The notes: generated by a model not told the origin, from the sequence alone. DNA of 63,439 nucleotides, filler included, from Globobulimina sp. (GCA_003354225.1; 56 parts of 56 records of this genome joined end to end with filler, not necessarily neighbours in it), one strand, 5' to 3'. Numbered from the whole stretch's first letter, positions 37,358 to 50,289 are shown. A program made the numbers and translations.

Positions 37358-37468
37358 NNNNNNNNNNNNNNNNNNNNNNNNNNNNNNNNNNNNNNNNNNN
37401 NTTAATTAATTAANNNNNNNNNNNNNNNNNNNNNNNNNNNNNNNNNNNNNNNNNNNNTAAATATAAAT

Positions 37469-37924
37469 TTGCATTCACTTAATTATGGATATCCCTCAGT
37501 TTTACAAGATTTGATTGTGGAATCAGCATATTCTGTGGGTAGAGATAGAAATAATATGTCATATAAAGAGATTATTGGTGGCAGGAATTTATTGAAGAGT
37601 AGTTTGATAAATTTATTTCCAAATTTGGATCATATTGTTATTCAATGTACAAGTAGTTTGGGATATTCTTCATATCAATTTTCATTATGTGGTTTATTGG
37701 ATATTTTAAGTGAAACAAGAAAAAGAAAAAAAATAAAATGTTCATTATATGGCGTATGGAAGGATAGAAAAGAAGGGAGTGGAGATAGACGAAGTTGGTT
37801 ATATTTTGTATATTCATCAATCTCATCATTAAATATTAAATATCCAAAAATTAAAATATCAATGCAACAAACAAGTGATTATGATGGTGATAGAAATGAT
37901 TTATTAATTTTTGACAGTGTGTGA
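37469..37924 (+). CDS. C-terminal part of an expanded protist protein family member
   Basis: NLFPNLDHIVI...YQFSL resembles KLFPKLSEIVI...YAFNI at about 39296-39375. Confidence 0.5.
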   Translation: MHSLNYGYPSVLQDLIVESAYSVGRDRNNMSYKEIIGGRNLLKSSLINLFPNLDHIVIQCTSSLGYSSYQFSLCGLLDILSETRKRKKIKCSLYGVWKDRKEGSGDRRSWLYFVYSSISSLNIKYPKIKISMQQTSDYDGDRNDLLIFDSV

Positions 37925-38001
37925 TCGTTTTAACAGAAATTGTGTCCGTGCTATAAATAAATCAGAAACGTTTTCGTTGAGGTTAATTGAGAACATTTAA
38001 A

Positions 38002-38491
38002 TTAAGCAATCTTATGCGGCTTTGCCCTGAGTCTATACTTCATTTCTCGCTTAGCATTTCTGTACTGCCCTTTCATATTTTTCGTCATTGCAGTCGCATT
38101 ATACAAATTGGCCAACCTCCTCGCCCATCCCTGGCGATATCTCATTCCATGGAAATACACTCTGCGCTTCAACTTATAATCCCGCGCATATTTCATGCCC
38201 TCCTCCGTCTCTTTCAGCCACTTAAAATGCTCCGATCTCGATCTCACACCAATAGACTCGCCATACACCACCGGATCTGTTATATTGGCCGGCGCCTTAT
38301 ACATATAATACAACTTCCTTCTTTTCACCTGATCAAAATCAAAAACATTACTTACTTAATTTTCAAAATCAGCACATCATTATTGTTAACTTTGTATCTC
38401 TGCTTAATTTGCAATGATTTAATCCATGGCGAATGCAATGGATACTGTCGGATTACGGTAAGACCGTCTTTTTCGACGTTCCGTATCATGA
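38002..38491 (-). CDS. MRPL19: Mitochondrial ribosomal protein bL19m, 3' part, two exons
   Basis: MIRNV...YPLHSPWIKSLQI...YK | 62-nt intron 38329-38390 | VKRRKLYYM matches the L19 C-terminal signature. Confidence 0.8.
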
Positions 38492-38602
38492 NNNNNNNNN
38501 NNNNNNNNNNNNNNNNNNNNNNNNNNNNNNNNNNNTTAATTAATTAANNNNNNNNNNNNNNNNNNNNNNNNNNNNNNNNNNNNNNNNNNNNATATTGAGA
38601 AA

Positions 38603-39594
38603 TTGCATGAAAAAGGTCCATTTTATGCAGCCGTACCATCTCTTATTAAGTTGTCAACTTTTTCCATCTGTTTAAATGCTCCAACTTCAACGTCGAAACG
38701 TATCGAAGTGGCAATAAGATTGTGTGTAAAGCGCGGAGTTATCATACAATTAAATAATCAGCGAAAATATACGGAAGCTCAGGAGGAGAATTGTTTTAAT
38801 AGCTGTTGGATCAGCAATTTCCCAGAGGAGGATGAACGGATTTGGGTCGGTGGCCGATATAAAATCGAAATTGAATCAATTATAGTGATGGGAACACATG
38901 TTAATTATAAGAAGATTATTGACTTATTTTATAAATTTGAGTCTCTACTTTGTGGACAATATATTGATCATAAAAGTATATCATTGACAGATATTGATAT
39001 TATTAGTTGGTTAATTGATGATTTTTTGAGTGCTGAGACAAAGAATAATCGATTTGATATCGATGCTTATATAAAAAACACTTTTCATTCATTTTTAATT
39101 AATAAAAGACAAATAATTTTAAATTTGCATGAAATGGATGTGGATCAATTAAGTTTTGTTATGGATGGAAGCGGTGATGTTAATTTCAGGCAATTTCTAA
39201 GTTTAATAATGCATTCAATACAAAGGCAATCATGGTATGCTGTTAAAATGGCGAATAATAATAATAAACATAATTTATTTAAACCAATAATATTCAAATT
39301 GTTTCCTAAACTTAGCGAGATTGTGATTTATTCCAGTTAAAATCAAATGTTTATGCTTTTAATATTTTATCATTGATAACAATATTGATGGATGTTACTT
39401 TATTGCCACCATCATTTAAAAGAGTGATAATTAAAGATATTGTCTGTGATTCCTATGCAGATTATGGTGGCTTGAAGTTTCTATTTTGTTCGTTGAATAT
39501 GGAAATATGGAATAAAGCAAAGATACAAATTGATTTTAAAGCAAAGCAAGGTTATAATCATAAAGAAGATTGGGTAATAATTTCAATTCTATAA
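38603..39594 (+). CDS. ART-like (STS / ExE motif) protein of an expanded family; frameshift near 39340
   Basis: PTSTS...VAIR...GVIIQL...WISNFPEEDERIW. Confidence 0.5.
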
Positions 39595-39742
39595 AAACGC
39601 CTATAAAACTGAATGCTGTTTTATTNNNNNNNNNNNNNNNNNNNNNNNNNNNNNNNNNNNNNNNNNNNNTTAATTAATTAANNNNNNNNNNNNNNNNNNN
39701 NNNNNNNNNNNNNNNNNNNNNNNNNGAAAAACTATTTTTATC

Positions 39743-40759
39743 ATGACAGCAGAGCCGCATTCCCCGCAGCGGCTAGCTGAAGATCTGGTTTTGTTAATTA
39801 GTTTTTTCTCTCTGATAACATCTCTCCCATGGTGGATAATCTATCTTTATAAGATGGAGTATTTCAGAAAACGTGCAAGTGGTATATTCGGTATATTGCT
39901 TTTATTCATGGCCTGGTTGACATTCGCTAATTCAATTGCAGCTATCGGCCATTCTCCCATCAGATTCATTATCAAGGATTCGTGCAATGTACAAGGCATA
40001 TTAAAACAATTTGGTCTCACATTAAGCATATGGTCTCACATAGCACTGCAAATTATATGTAATAAACAATTATATGCAACATTAAAATTATATTATTTGC
40101 ATCCTACATGGTACAAAGCTTTATTTTTGTCAACAATGGCTGCAGCATTGCCATACAGCACAGCATCATACGCACAAACCAGTTTTGGTTGGTGCTGGGT
40201 GTCTGGCCATGGAACGTTAAATGTTATCTGGCGATGTCTTTTATATTTCCCTGCGGTTATTTCATGGATATTATATTTAGTATCCCCCGTATCACCATCG
40301 TATAAACGAAATTCAATTGAATATTATGCACAATATTTACACATATCCCATATATTATATATTTTGCCATCATTTGTCCGGCTATTTGAAGCGTTACACT
40401 TTAAGTTTGATGAGGAAAGGTTTATTATTCCAAGTACATTGGCACTGACATCCATTCCTTGGGTGGATTGTCTATCGATTATGTATATTTTATATAAAAT
40501 ATTTGAATATCTGTACGACGCAGCGGATCTTAATAATATCTGTATGCCGCAATGCAAAGTGTTTGATTTAGCAAATATTGTCAAATGCATTGCTGACAAC
40601 GAAGATATGGCAAAGAATGTTTTTCCTGTATTACCGGAAAACGATCATAGCTGTGATGCCATTTTTCGATATTTCGAGAAATATAATATTGATGGAAACA
40701 AATTGTTATCCATCAATAAGTATGATTTTTGTGCAGAGTTAATGGAGGAAAACGATTTA
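39743..40759 (+). CDS. GPCR-like 7TM protein (cAMP receptor/CAR-like)
   Basis: About seven TM segments; CNVQG, ALPY...Y...GWCWV motifs. Confidence 0.7.
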
Positions 40760-40859
40760 NNNNNNNNNNNNNNNNNNNNNNNNNNNNNNNNNNNNNNNNN
40801 NNNTTAATTAATTAANNNNNNNNNNNNNNNNNNNNNNNNNNNNNNNNNNNNNNNNNNNN

Positions 40860-41893
40860 CTGAAGCGGAGGAAACGAAAGAAAGAAAAATTGATGATGAT
40901 ATTGATGAATATGACGGCGATTCGGATCAATCGACGCCTGTTGCTCCGCCAAAACCAGGTTTGTTGCGACAGAAAACCGCCGAAGTCCAGGAAGAGATGG
41001 TTGGCATTTTGGCTTTTATGGGCGATCAGGGACAGAAAGTTGGTAATTTGCAAAGGTTAGTGTTCGAATTAATATTTAGTGAAATCAAAAAAGAAATGAA
41101 TAAAGCGGAACAGCCAGGTTTTACATTTTACGATTTAGATTATGATGATCCCGATTTGCCGCCGGAAGAACGCATATTGTTAAGACAGGACAAGTCTTTG
41201 CATTGCATCAATGATAATTATTGCTTTGAAATGTTTTGTATGATCTTGGATTTGGCCTTTTGCTCAAAATCTGGCCAGAAATTTATTGCGTCGCCGTTGT
41301 TAATCTCGACTTTGTTTCAGATATTCCCGCGATCCTCGACACGGATGCAAGATGTGCTGATCTCGATATTTACGAATATATTCCCGTTCATTAAACCAAA
41401 TGTCATCAAACATATGCACATAAAAAGCAGTGGCAGGAAATATAACAATTTAATCGATTATTTCTTATATTGTATTGCCTCGAGTTTACAGTCGCAATTA
41501 CGCGGAACCGATGAGAATGGCAAAAAATATTCAGATAATTTACAATTGAAAGATTGGATTATTTCATTAGAAGCAGAACAATGCAAAGCTTTGGTCAAAA
41601 TGTTCCGAAAGATAATGGTATCGGGCGAGAATACAAATATTTGGAAGCAAATTATAAAACAACGGTTAATTGATCATATATTACAAACTTCGTCATTGAA
41701 ACAGGAGGACATCAAAGTAAACATTGAAGAGAATGGCGATGATATTAAAGAAGAAGAAACAAATAATGATAGATTTTGGTTAATTGCAGCGTCGTTGTGT
41801 ATTATTGCTGGTGATACCGGCTCGAAACATTTGGATATTTTAAATCTTGATAACTCCTCCGAATATAATATCGATTTCCGAGAAGGCAAAGCA
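40860..41893 (+). CDS. MYCBP2/PHR (Highwire/RPM-1)-like E3 ligase, internal fragment
   Basis: EEMVGIL...LQRLV, DNYCFEM, S.RMQ, FLYCIASSLQSQLRG parallel the region between the DOC and RING domains of PHR proteins. Confidence 0.7.
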
Positions 41894-42579
41894 NNNNNNN
41901 NNNNNNNNNNNNNNNNNNNNNNNNNNNNNNNNNNNNNTTAATTAATTAANNNNNNNNNNNNNNNNNNNNNNNNNNNNNNNNNNNNNNNNNNNNAAAAAAA
42001 ATATTATTTATATATTATAGTTATTGATCATATCCCATTTTAACAACAAAGCAAAGCATCGCATAGCATGGGCAGCATTTTTACCAACAGGACTCTATGG
42101 AGCCGCGCAGCAAATATCTCTTAAAAAAAGAAATATTACTACGTTGAGGAGGTTGTTATGAGTTCATTTATGACCAATCATCATCTTTAAAATTGACAAC
42201 ATGCACGTTTGGCTTTAAACCAATATGTTATCTACAATTAATTTGCGTTAATAATATAAATATAATCTGTGTAATAATTGATGACTGCAATTAGATATGT
42301 CACTGAATTTGTGAATGACAAATGTGGAGGTTTACTTTTGTGTTTCTTTGTATAATATGTTTGAATTTGTCGGCTGCAACACGATGAAATACAGCAAAAT
42401 ATGTCTAGTATTTATATTGTTAGTGAGGACACCAAAATTGGTGGTAGAGTTTTTTTTTTGATGTTTATTTCTAACCTTTCATCTTTCTGAAAGTCTGTAC
42501 CGTCCTCAGTTGAATTATTTAACATATCACCTGGTGACCAATATACTGCGTTTAGTGAGGTGTTTGCGAAGATATTGCA

Positions 42580-43027
42580 TTGGATAAGAATCCTAGCGAA
42601 GATATGCAAGACTTTGTGGGACAAAGTTTAAATATGAAACAATCCAAAGAAAACAAACCAAATTCAGTGCCACTACCAACATCACAATCAAATGCTAATA
42701 AACCAAACAAACAAAACTATGATACATCCAAACCATTAATCGATTTTGATATTTTTTTAGAGAACAAAACAAACGAAACGGATAATGAGAGTGATAAATG
42801 TAGGCAGAAAGCAAATGACTGCAAAGCAATAAAACGAGTAATTGCGGGGTTGATTTATTATGAAATATTAAATGAGCACAACAGCGGCGGTCAGAGCATA
42901 TTTAGTTCGTTTTTATGTGAAATGTATGCAAATTATTTGGATGATATCGCTCATTTTGTTGTATCGCATGACGGCGATTTAGAATTAATAAATATTTTAT
43001 TGCTGCAATTATATACACGGCGTCGTG
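42580..43027 (+). CDS. N-terminal fragment of an expanded protist protein family member
   Basis: CKAIKRVIAGLIYY...YLDDIAHFVVSH resembles CESLHRIKDALIFY...INDYHHIIRQH in 47856-48623. Confidence 0.5.
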
Positions 43028-44358
43028 NNNNNNNNNNNNNNNNNNNNNNNNNNNNNNNNNNNNNNNNNNNNTTAATTAATTAANNNNNNNNNNNNNNNNN
43101 NNNNNNNNNNNNNNNNNNNNNNNNNNNTGTAAAAAATGTGGTATTATCAAAACTATCATCAAAATGAAACGTATTGAGAGACTGTGATAATTGAGTTGTT
43201 ACTGAGAGCTTTCGTTTCTTTTGTAATGGCCACTGTAGTTGATGTAGCTGTCGTTTATGGCCAGCATGTTTCGCGACACTTATTCTATGTTTTTCATTTC
43301 TGTGATGTATACAAAATCGATCATTATCATTTTCTGGCCAACCTGCACATTGATGTATTGTATTCCTCTCACATTCAGAACATTTTGCTGACATTACGCC
43401 ACTTAGAGAGGTTTGATGAAAGTAAATTTTCGGTTCTACATTCTACATTAAAAACGTTTTCACCTCAGCTAGAAAATCTAAATCAACAAATCATTCACCA
43501 AAAGGCTCTAACTTCCAGTTTGAATAAACAAACCGGTCACCAAAAGGCTCATCATGTCAAAAAAACAAAACACAAAAATAAAACACAATTCAAATTAAAA
43601 AATCTCAAAAAAAACCTTGGATACCTAGTCACTATCATGACTCATTTAATAGTCATTTTGCAAGGAACCAGATTTTTTTTGAAGGAACCAGTGGGAACCA
43701 AGCATGGGAACCAGCCAGAAAAACACCAAATATAAACGCTGGTTGAGTGGCTTCCACGGTTTCGAATCGTTTTGATTTGTGTTGTTGAATAATTGTTGCA
43801 AATCTGTTAAACTTTTGACAGATGTCGCTTATTCATTCACCGGTGCCATTTTCGGCGAATTAGTAACATCTTTGTCATCATTTGGTGGTGGACTTGATTT
43901 ATTAGAAAATATCCCTGAGGTGTCTGAAAAAGTTATTTGCGAGGCGAAGCCGAGGGATACTTTTTCAAGAAACCGAAGGATATTAGCTATAAACGGTCCG
44001 AGAACAAATCAGAATTTATTTAACTATTTTGTATACATTATGTTTGTTTATGGTATTTCTTTTTTGTATAACTTTTTTATTTTGTATAACGAAATTTCGC
44101 ATTTCAAACGAGCTATTCTTGGAATACTTCATGTAAATACTATATAAATGGCTTTTTTTTCNNNNNNNNNNNNNNNNNNNNNNNNNNNNNNNNNNNNNNN
44201 NNNNNTTAATTAATTAANNNNNNNNNNNNNNNNNNNNNNNNNNNNNNNNNNNNNNNNNNNNACGGTTGCTGATTCCATACCAGGTATTGATGAACAACCA
44301 GCCAATACTGATACTACAAAACCGGCCATAACTGTTTTCTTAAGCATTTTTTTGTCCT

Positions 44359-45186
44359 TTAATCTAACAATGAATAAATAGAATAGGGATCACCAATAAA
44401 TGCACGATAAAAAGACATAAAATTTACTAGAATACTCGTAAAAAATGAAAAAAACGCTAAAATTGTGTATTTTGCAAGTAGTTCTGATGAAGTCTTGATC
44501 ATAACTTTTTGTACATTTCTGAAAAATAAAACTAATAAAATTATAGAATATGCTGCGTATGTTATAATTGAGGCATATGATAACATTAAAGCTATATGCC
44601 ATTGGTTTGTATCTTGAAAAAAATAATATGAGGCGACAGCATTTGATATGCCTTGAATCAATGCACCACTCAGTAACCCATAAAATGCACAATACGACAG
44701 CTCAAATTTTGTGCCAGCCAAATGATATTTTAATCGCAACAAATATAACAAATAAACAGTGATTAAGGAATAATAATATCCAAAGAAACCAGACATTCTC
44801 GTCAATAAACGTGTGGAACCAAAATAAGTTGACAATTGACATGAATATAATGTCAATTGAAATGTGTTGTATCCACACATACCAACTACCCACAATACAC
44901 AGTTTACATAATAAAAAATCAAAAATGCTTGAATTTGCTTGAGTGCCCGATGTGAAACAGACTTGTATACACCATATACGATGATTGGGATGGAAACAAC
45001 CAATGATGCTAAAGAGATTACAGAACAGATGATAGGGAATGGCTTCACATCTACGCAAAACGCGCTCATTATTATTATTGTTTTTTGGACAGCTAAAAAC
45101 TTAAAGATAAATAGTAGATTGCTCAAACATCTGTGTGAGAGGAATAAGAGAGTGTATCTTTTGTAAATCAAAACAAGATAAAACAC
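44359..45186 (-). CDS. Multi-pass (7TM-like) membrane protein
   Basis: Six or seven hydrophobic helices; LLRL after TM3. Confidence 0.55.
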   Translation of the reverse strand: MFYLVLIYKRYTLLFLSHRCLSNLLFIFKFLAVQKTIIIMSAFCVDVKPFPIICSVISLASLVVSIPIIVYGVYKSVSHRALKQIQAFLIFYYVNCVLWVVGMCGYNTFQLTLYSCQLSTYFGSTRLLTRMSGFFGYYYSLITVYLLYLLRLKYHLAGTKFELSYCAFYGLLSGALIQGISNAVASYYFFQDTNQWHIALMLSYASIITYAAYSIILLVLFFRNVQKVMIKTSSELLAKYTILAFFSFFTSILVNFMSFYRAFIGDPYSIYSLLD

Positions 45187-45700
45187 AAAAATAATGACAA
45201 TATCAATTGTGTAATGAATGAAATGAATAGTAAGATATAGTATTGTGTTATGTGTATGTGTGTTGTGTCAGAATTTAATGGCGAGCAATTGATACNNNNN
45301 NNNNNNNNNNNNNNNNNNNNNNNNNNNNNNNNNNNNNNNTTAATTAATTAANNNNNNNNNNNNNNNNNNNNNNNNNNNNNNNNNNNNNNNNNNNNATTGT
45401 TATTGTTGTTGTGGAGGGTCGGATTGCTTTCAATTTTGGTTGGAATATCAGAAATTTGTTGCATTTTATTATCTGATGTTTCGGATCCGGATGATGCTGT
45501 TGGTGATGGTTGCATTCTCAGACGGTGATGTTGCTAAAAATGCAAAGATTTTTTTTCTGAAAAAAAAACAGAAATTTCTCAAAAAAATAATACTTCACAG
45601 TCGAACATCACATGGCAACTATTAGTATGTGACTACGTAGCAAATCGCATTTGATATAGAACAATAATGCACATATTAACATATAGGAAAAGGGGAAGCA

Positions 45701-46414
45701 ATGAATGAGTCCGTGGCGAGAGGACTTGGCAGAATAACTATTGTAATATCTATAATCACATGGCTTATGTTTGTTGGCTGGTTATTGACTGAAAAAGCTG
45801 GCAAATTATCAACACGCGGAGACACTGTAACCAGTGGCTATTTTAACTGGCATCCATTTCTAATGACGGCGACATTATTTTTATTTATAACGCCGTCAGT
45901 ATTATTATTTGAAGTATCTCCATTTCCAAGATCAATAAACAAGAAATTGCATGGTACATTTAATACATTTGCATTTATATCAATTATATGCGGATTAACA
46001 ATTATTTTGGACTGTCATTTAAATTTGAAGCCAGATCCTCATTTATTGGACAGTATACATTCAGTTTGTGGTTATATGACATTTAGTTTGCTCTGCATCA
46101 CATATTTAGTCGGCGGCATATTGTATGGAATGGGCTGTTGTAATGATTTTAAAAAAATTGCAAAACCGTATCACAAACGACTTGGTACATTTACGTTATT
46201 TTGTGGATATGCGACATGTTTACTTGGTTTAGCTGAAAAAGTTGACACCACACAAATGAAAATAGGACAATTAATCGCTGGATTTGTATTTTCGACAATG
46301 ATGGGCGTCATACTTTCGTTGACAAAATTCATTGATAAAGAATCGGATTTACATCATGTATATCAAGCCACTGATCCCGAGGATCCCGATGATGCAACGG
46401 ATGATGATACATAA
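45701..46414 (+). CDS. Cytochrome b561 family protein
   Basis: FNWHPFLM, KKLHG, SIHSVCG, PYHKRLG give four heme-ligand His. Confidence 0.92.
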   Translation: MNESVARGLGRITIVISIITWLMFVGWLLTEKAGKLSTRGDTVTSGYFNWHPFLMTATLFLFITPSVLLFEVSPFPRSINKKLHGTFNTFAFISIICGLTIILDCHLNLKPDPHLLDSIHSVCGYMTFSLLCITYLVGGILYGMGCCNDFKKIAKPYHKRLGTFTLFCGYATCLLGLAEKVDTTQMKIGQLIAGFVFSTMMGVILSLTKFIDKESDLHHVYQATDPEDPDDATDDDT

Positions 46415-46529
46415 ACATTGTTTAAATTANNNNNNNNNNNNNNNNNNNNNNNNNNNNNNNNNNNNNNNNNNNNTTAATTAATTAANNNNNNNNNNNNNNN
46501 NNNNNNNNNNNNNNNNNNNNNNNNNNNNN

Positions 46530-47323
46530 ATTATCATTCTCGAATCTGTCAACAAATTGAAATGTTTCTGTGCTTTTTTGCCATATTTCCACGTTAATTT
46601 CAATGGTCCTGTTTCAATCATAACTGGGTCACAAAAATCGCCCCATCCATTCTTGTTTGATGCCCGTAATTTAATTACATACTTTCCGCTGTATTCTAAA
46701 TCTTTTATTTTATATTTCCGCTGATTTGCGCCGATTAATTCCGATTTTATCCATTCCTTTGCTCCAATATTGGATAATATTTCTTGTATTTCATTATCAT
46801 TCTCGTCAATAAATATTATTTTTCCTTTCTTATCTTTCCTTAAAAAGGACGGTAACAATAATTTCACCAATTCGTTGGATACATATTTAGCGCAGGAAAT
46901 AATTTTAAATAAAACATTTGTAACAAAGTTACCATCATATCCAAAATCATCGTAATATTTAATTTTATTTCTTTTATTTACGTTAATTTTACAAAAATAT
47001 ATCTGAAACTCAGTAATATCTGCGTCAAATTCGCCCATTTCTGCAACATTCCAATTGATTGAAAACGTATTGTTCTCAAAATGGGATTCATTCGTATTAA
47101 TATTTGGTATTGGCGGTGTATCACAATATGATATTTGTAGCGTATTAAAATAATTATATATTTCATTCATATTTCTATCGGTTACGCCAATGTATGGACT
47201 ATAAATTGTTTTCGTTGAAACATTGATAGTCGTTATTTCATGTAACATCGAGTCTAGTTTTATCATTTTACGCTTATGATTCATCGATGGATCGTTGGCA
47301 AAATATTCAAAATCATCTTTCAT
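46530..47323 (-). CDS. Fibronectin type III domain protein fragment
   Basis: SINW...YKIKDLEYSGKYVIKLRASNKNGWGDF. Confidence 0.75.
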
Positions 47324-47663
47324 CTAAAAACACATCACAAACAATCATAATTTATGTGAGCGACATGCAGCGAAACAGTGACTGTCAAGGATGTGTAAGC
47401 ATTTTTGGTGGAAAATGTTGCTTAGGCGGACAATCAAAAATGTTTTAAATATGATATGTAATATCTTAACCTTTGTAATATGATTAAAATATTTTGTACT
47501 TTGTGCCAATTGCTGTTTAAATCCAATATTTTTATGTTTATAGATATTATCAATGTTTATTAANNNNNNNNNNNNNNNNNNNNNNNNNNNNNNNNNNNNN
47601 NNNNNNNTTAATTAATTAANNNNNNNNNNNNNNNNNNNNNNNNNNNNNNNNNNNNNNNNNNNN

Positions 47664-48623
47664 TTATAAAAGTCCCAATAATAAAATTTATATCCAAAAC
47701 TATATACTGTTATCTCTGATGTTTTTGTTTCTGCCGCATCATTGTCTGTCGGTTCGTGATCTTTATTTTCTTTTGCATCACTCACTGTATTCCCAACCTC
47801 CATTTGCTGTTTTTGCAAATAATCGTTGCCTAAATATCAAAAGCAAATAATTATATTAGAAGGCATTGGAACAGATAATTATAACTAAACTAATATCAGT
47901 GGTAAATTTATTATATTTTTCGCGTTTAACACCTCTGAGCTCGGCTAATTTTGCCCGTTTCTGGTTGAAGTTGTCATGTATTTTTTGAATTCGTGTATCT
48001 TTATATAAATTTTCATCATTTAATTTTATCTCGGTTCGGCCATCGTATTTATTGTCATCTTTTGCCTCATCACTGTCATCCATTTGCATTCTAAATCCAA
48101 CATCGAAGGTATGGACAAAAAAACAGTGAACAGAGTCCATAAATTCTTTATAAAAAATAACATTGTCATCGCCGGTATGTTCTAATTTAAATGTATTATT
48201 CATCAAATCTTCCTCTTTATATGCTGTGTTTTTTATTTTTTTGCCACGGTTTCTATGATTTCGTTTATAATTTTTACACTGAGCAATATCACATTTTATC
48301 GATGCGCGGATGATCGAGTCAATAATGGTGAAATTCTTGTTATCTGTTTTTTTGTTTCCAGTACTAATATGTTGCCGAATTATATGATGATAATCATTTA
48401 TTAAATTTTTATATTCATCGTAATATTTCATTATATCATCATTATGTTTTTGTTGTTGGTAAAATATTAAAGCATCTTTTATTCGGTGCAATGATTCACA
48501 TTCTGTAATGTGGCTACATTCGTCATATTGACTTCTTGGAGACAGCACTGAAGAGACTGATTTTGTTACTCGTATTATGTCTGGTTCTGTGATTTCAGAG
48601 GTCATGTTTAATTTCTGTGCCAT
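47664..48623 (-). CDS. N-terminal part of an expanded protist protein family member, probably two exons
   Basis: NDYHHII, CDIAQC..YKRNHR, MDSVHCFFVHTFDVGFR, NKF, YSFGYKFYYW. Confidence 0.55.
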
Positions 48624-48797
48624 TATACTTTATCACTGCAAAGTCAAAAACTTTAATCTGTTTGATAATGGATGACATATATTCTTATTACGATTATNNN
48701 NNNNNNNNNNNNNNNNNNNNNNNNNNNNNNNNNNNNNNNNNTTAATTAATTAANNNNNNNNNNNNNNNNNNNNNNNNNNNNNNNNNNNNNNNNNNNN

Positions 48798-49514
48798 GTT
48801 GACAGTAACAATGTTTGTAAATTCAAAGTCGATGCCAAACCAAACTGTGTCTTCTAATGACTGTTTATCGATATCTGACGATAATGTCTCAATGAATGAC
48901 CGTAAATAGCCAGAAGCTGCAATGGCATTAATCGACGATGCACAAATGCCATTGAACGTACTTAATAATCCAACTGGAAATGCGACTGCTTCTCCTGTTG
49001 ATATATACACATAAGTATAGGCAGTGCCTATGATGGGAAATCTTGATGCATATTCTGCATAACATAGCGATGATAAGCCAGCTGAAAAGAAGCCGAATAT
49101 CATCGATAGCAATAAACCGGCGCCGCTGATATTTTTTCCAGCGGATCCGGCCAAAACATAAATGCCTGATCCTACCACAGAGCACACTGAAAATATTACC
49201 AAATCAAGGAATTTATAGTGGCGTTTCAATGCTATGTTTGGTGCATGCATTTGACGGTAAGTCTGATGGTGCTTTTATTGATGGATGTTGTTTATTTGTG
49301 ATATCATCCAGATCAATATGCATTGGGGTTTTTCCATTGTAAATGCTTGGGTTTCGATCTTGTGCTGTTGCTTTTAAAAAATCTGATATAGAGGCTCGCC
49401 GCAGCAGTGACCGGAACATTATTAAAGTTGAGTTTTTCTGTGAAAACTTAAAATGTTTATCAAAACTCCGTAAATTTGTCAAGGTCAAGGCTGAAAACCC
49501 ATCAGATGAAGCCA
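48798..49514 (-). CDS. APC-family cationic amino acid transporter, N-terminal part (frame break near 49250)
   Basis: LKR, SVVGSGIYVLAG, LSSLCYAEYASRFP..GTAYTY, GE. Confidence 0.88.
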
Positions 49515-49931
49515 TAATGTCACTGCAATTATGATGCAAGAAGTGCAAGCAGATAATGCCAAGCTGCGAACACAATTAAGTATCATTGAGGATGCATTTG
49601 AAGCTGAAAAAATTTTATACAAACAAAATATCATTGATCTGCAACAAACCATCATATTAAACCATATCAACAACACTAAGTATAACAATATTAATACTGA
49701 TCATGACTCTAAATTATTATTTATTGATTTAATAAACGATAAAAATAAACAAATCCTAAAACAACAATGTGAAGAATACAAATCATCAAAAATTGCTTTT
49801 GAAAATGAAAAATCGGAATTATTGAAAGAAANNNNNNNNNNNNNNNNNNNNNNNNNNNNNNNNNNNNNNNNNNNNTTAATTAATTAANNNNNNNNNNNNN
49901 NNNNNNNNNNNNNNNNNNNNNNNNNNNNNNN

Positions 49932-50081
49932 GACTATGGTATCGTTATCAATGCCAACTACGCATCTTGCTGCGGAATTGTGCATTGCTAATTGGACTGA
50001 TAGTTCATACTCGGGTTCTTTTGGTTTGGTGGTGGTGGTGGTGTTATTTGTGTTGTTGTTGTTTGGTTGATCAACGTCCAT
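49932..50081 (-). CDS. WD40 protein N-terminus (PLAA/Doa1-like)
   Basis: YELSVQLAMHNSAARCV...DTIV resembles the first WD40 blade of PLAA/Doa1. Confidence 0.5.
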
Positions 50082-50289
50082 TGATTCTTTCGGTTGCGTC
50101 TGTTCAACAATTCAAAGTGAATGCTGTGGTTTCAAAATCAAATGGTAACGCAATCGATACCATGTTCAAACTGTGAGTCTGTGACGCTGAAGAGTTTTTT
50201 ATGTTTTACAAAACATGATACATGAAAGGATTAAAACAGATTAATTCGTCATATCAACATTAATATTTGTGAACGATAAAAATCCCATA

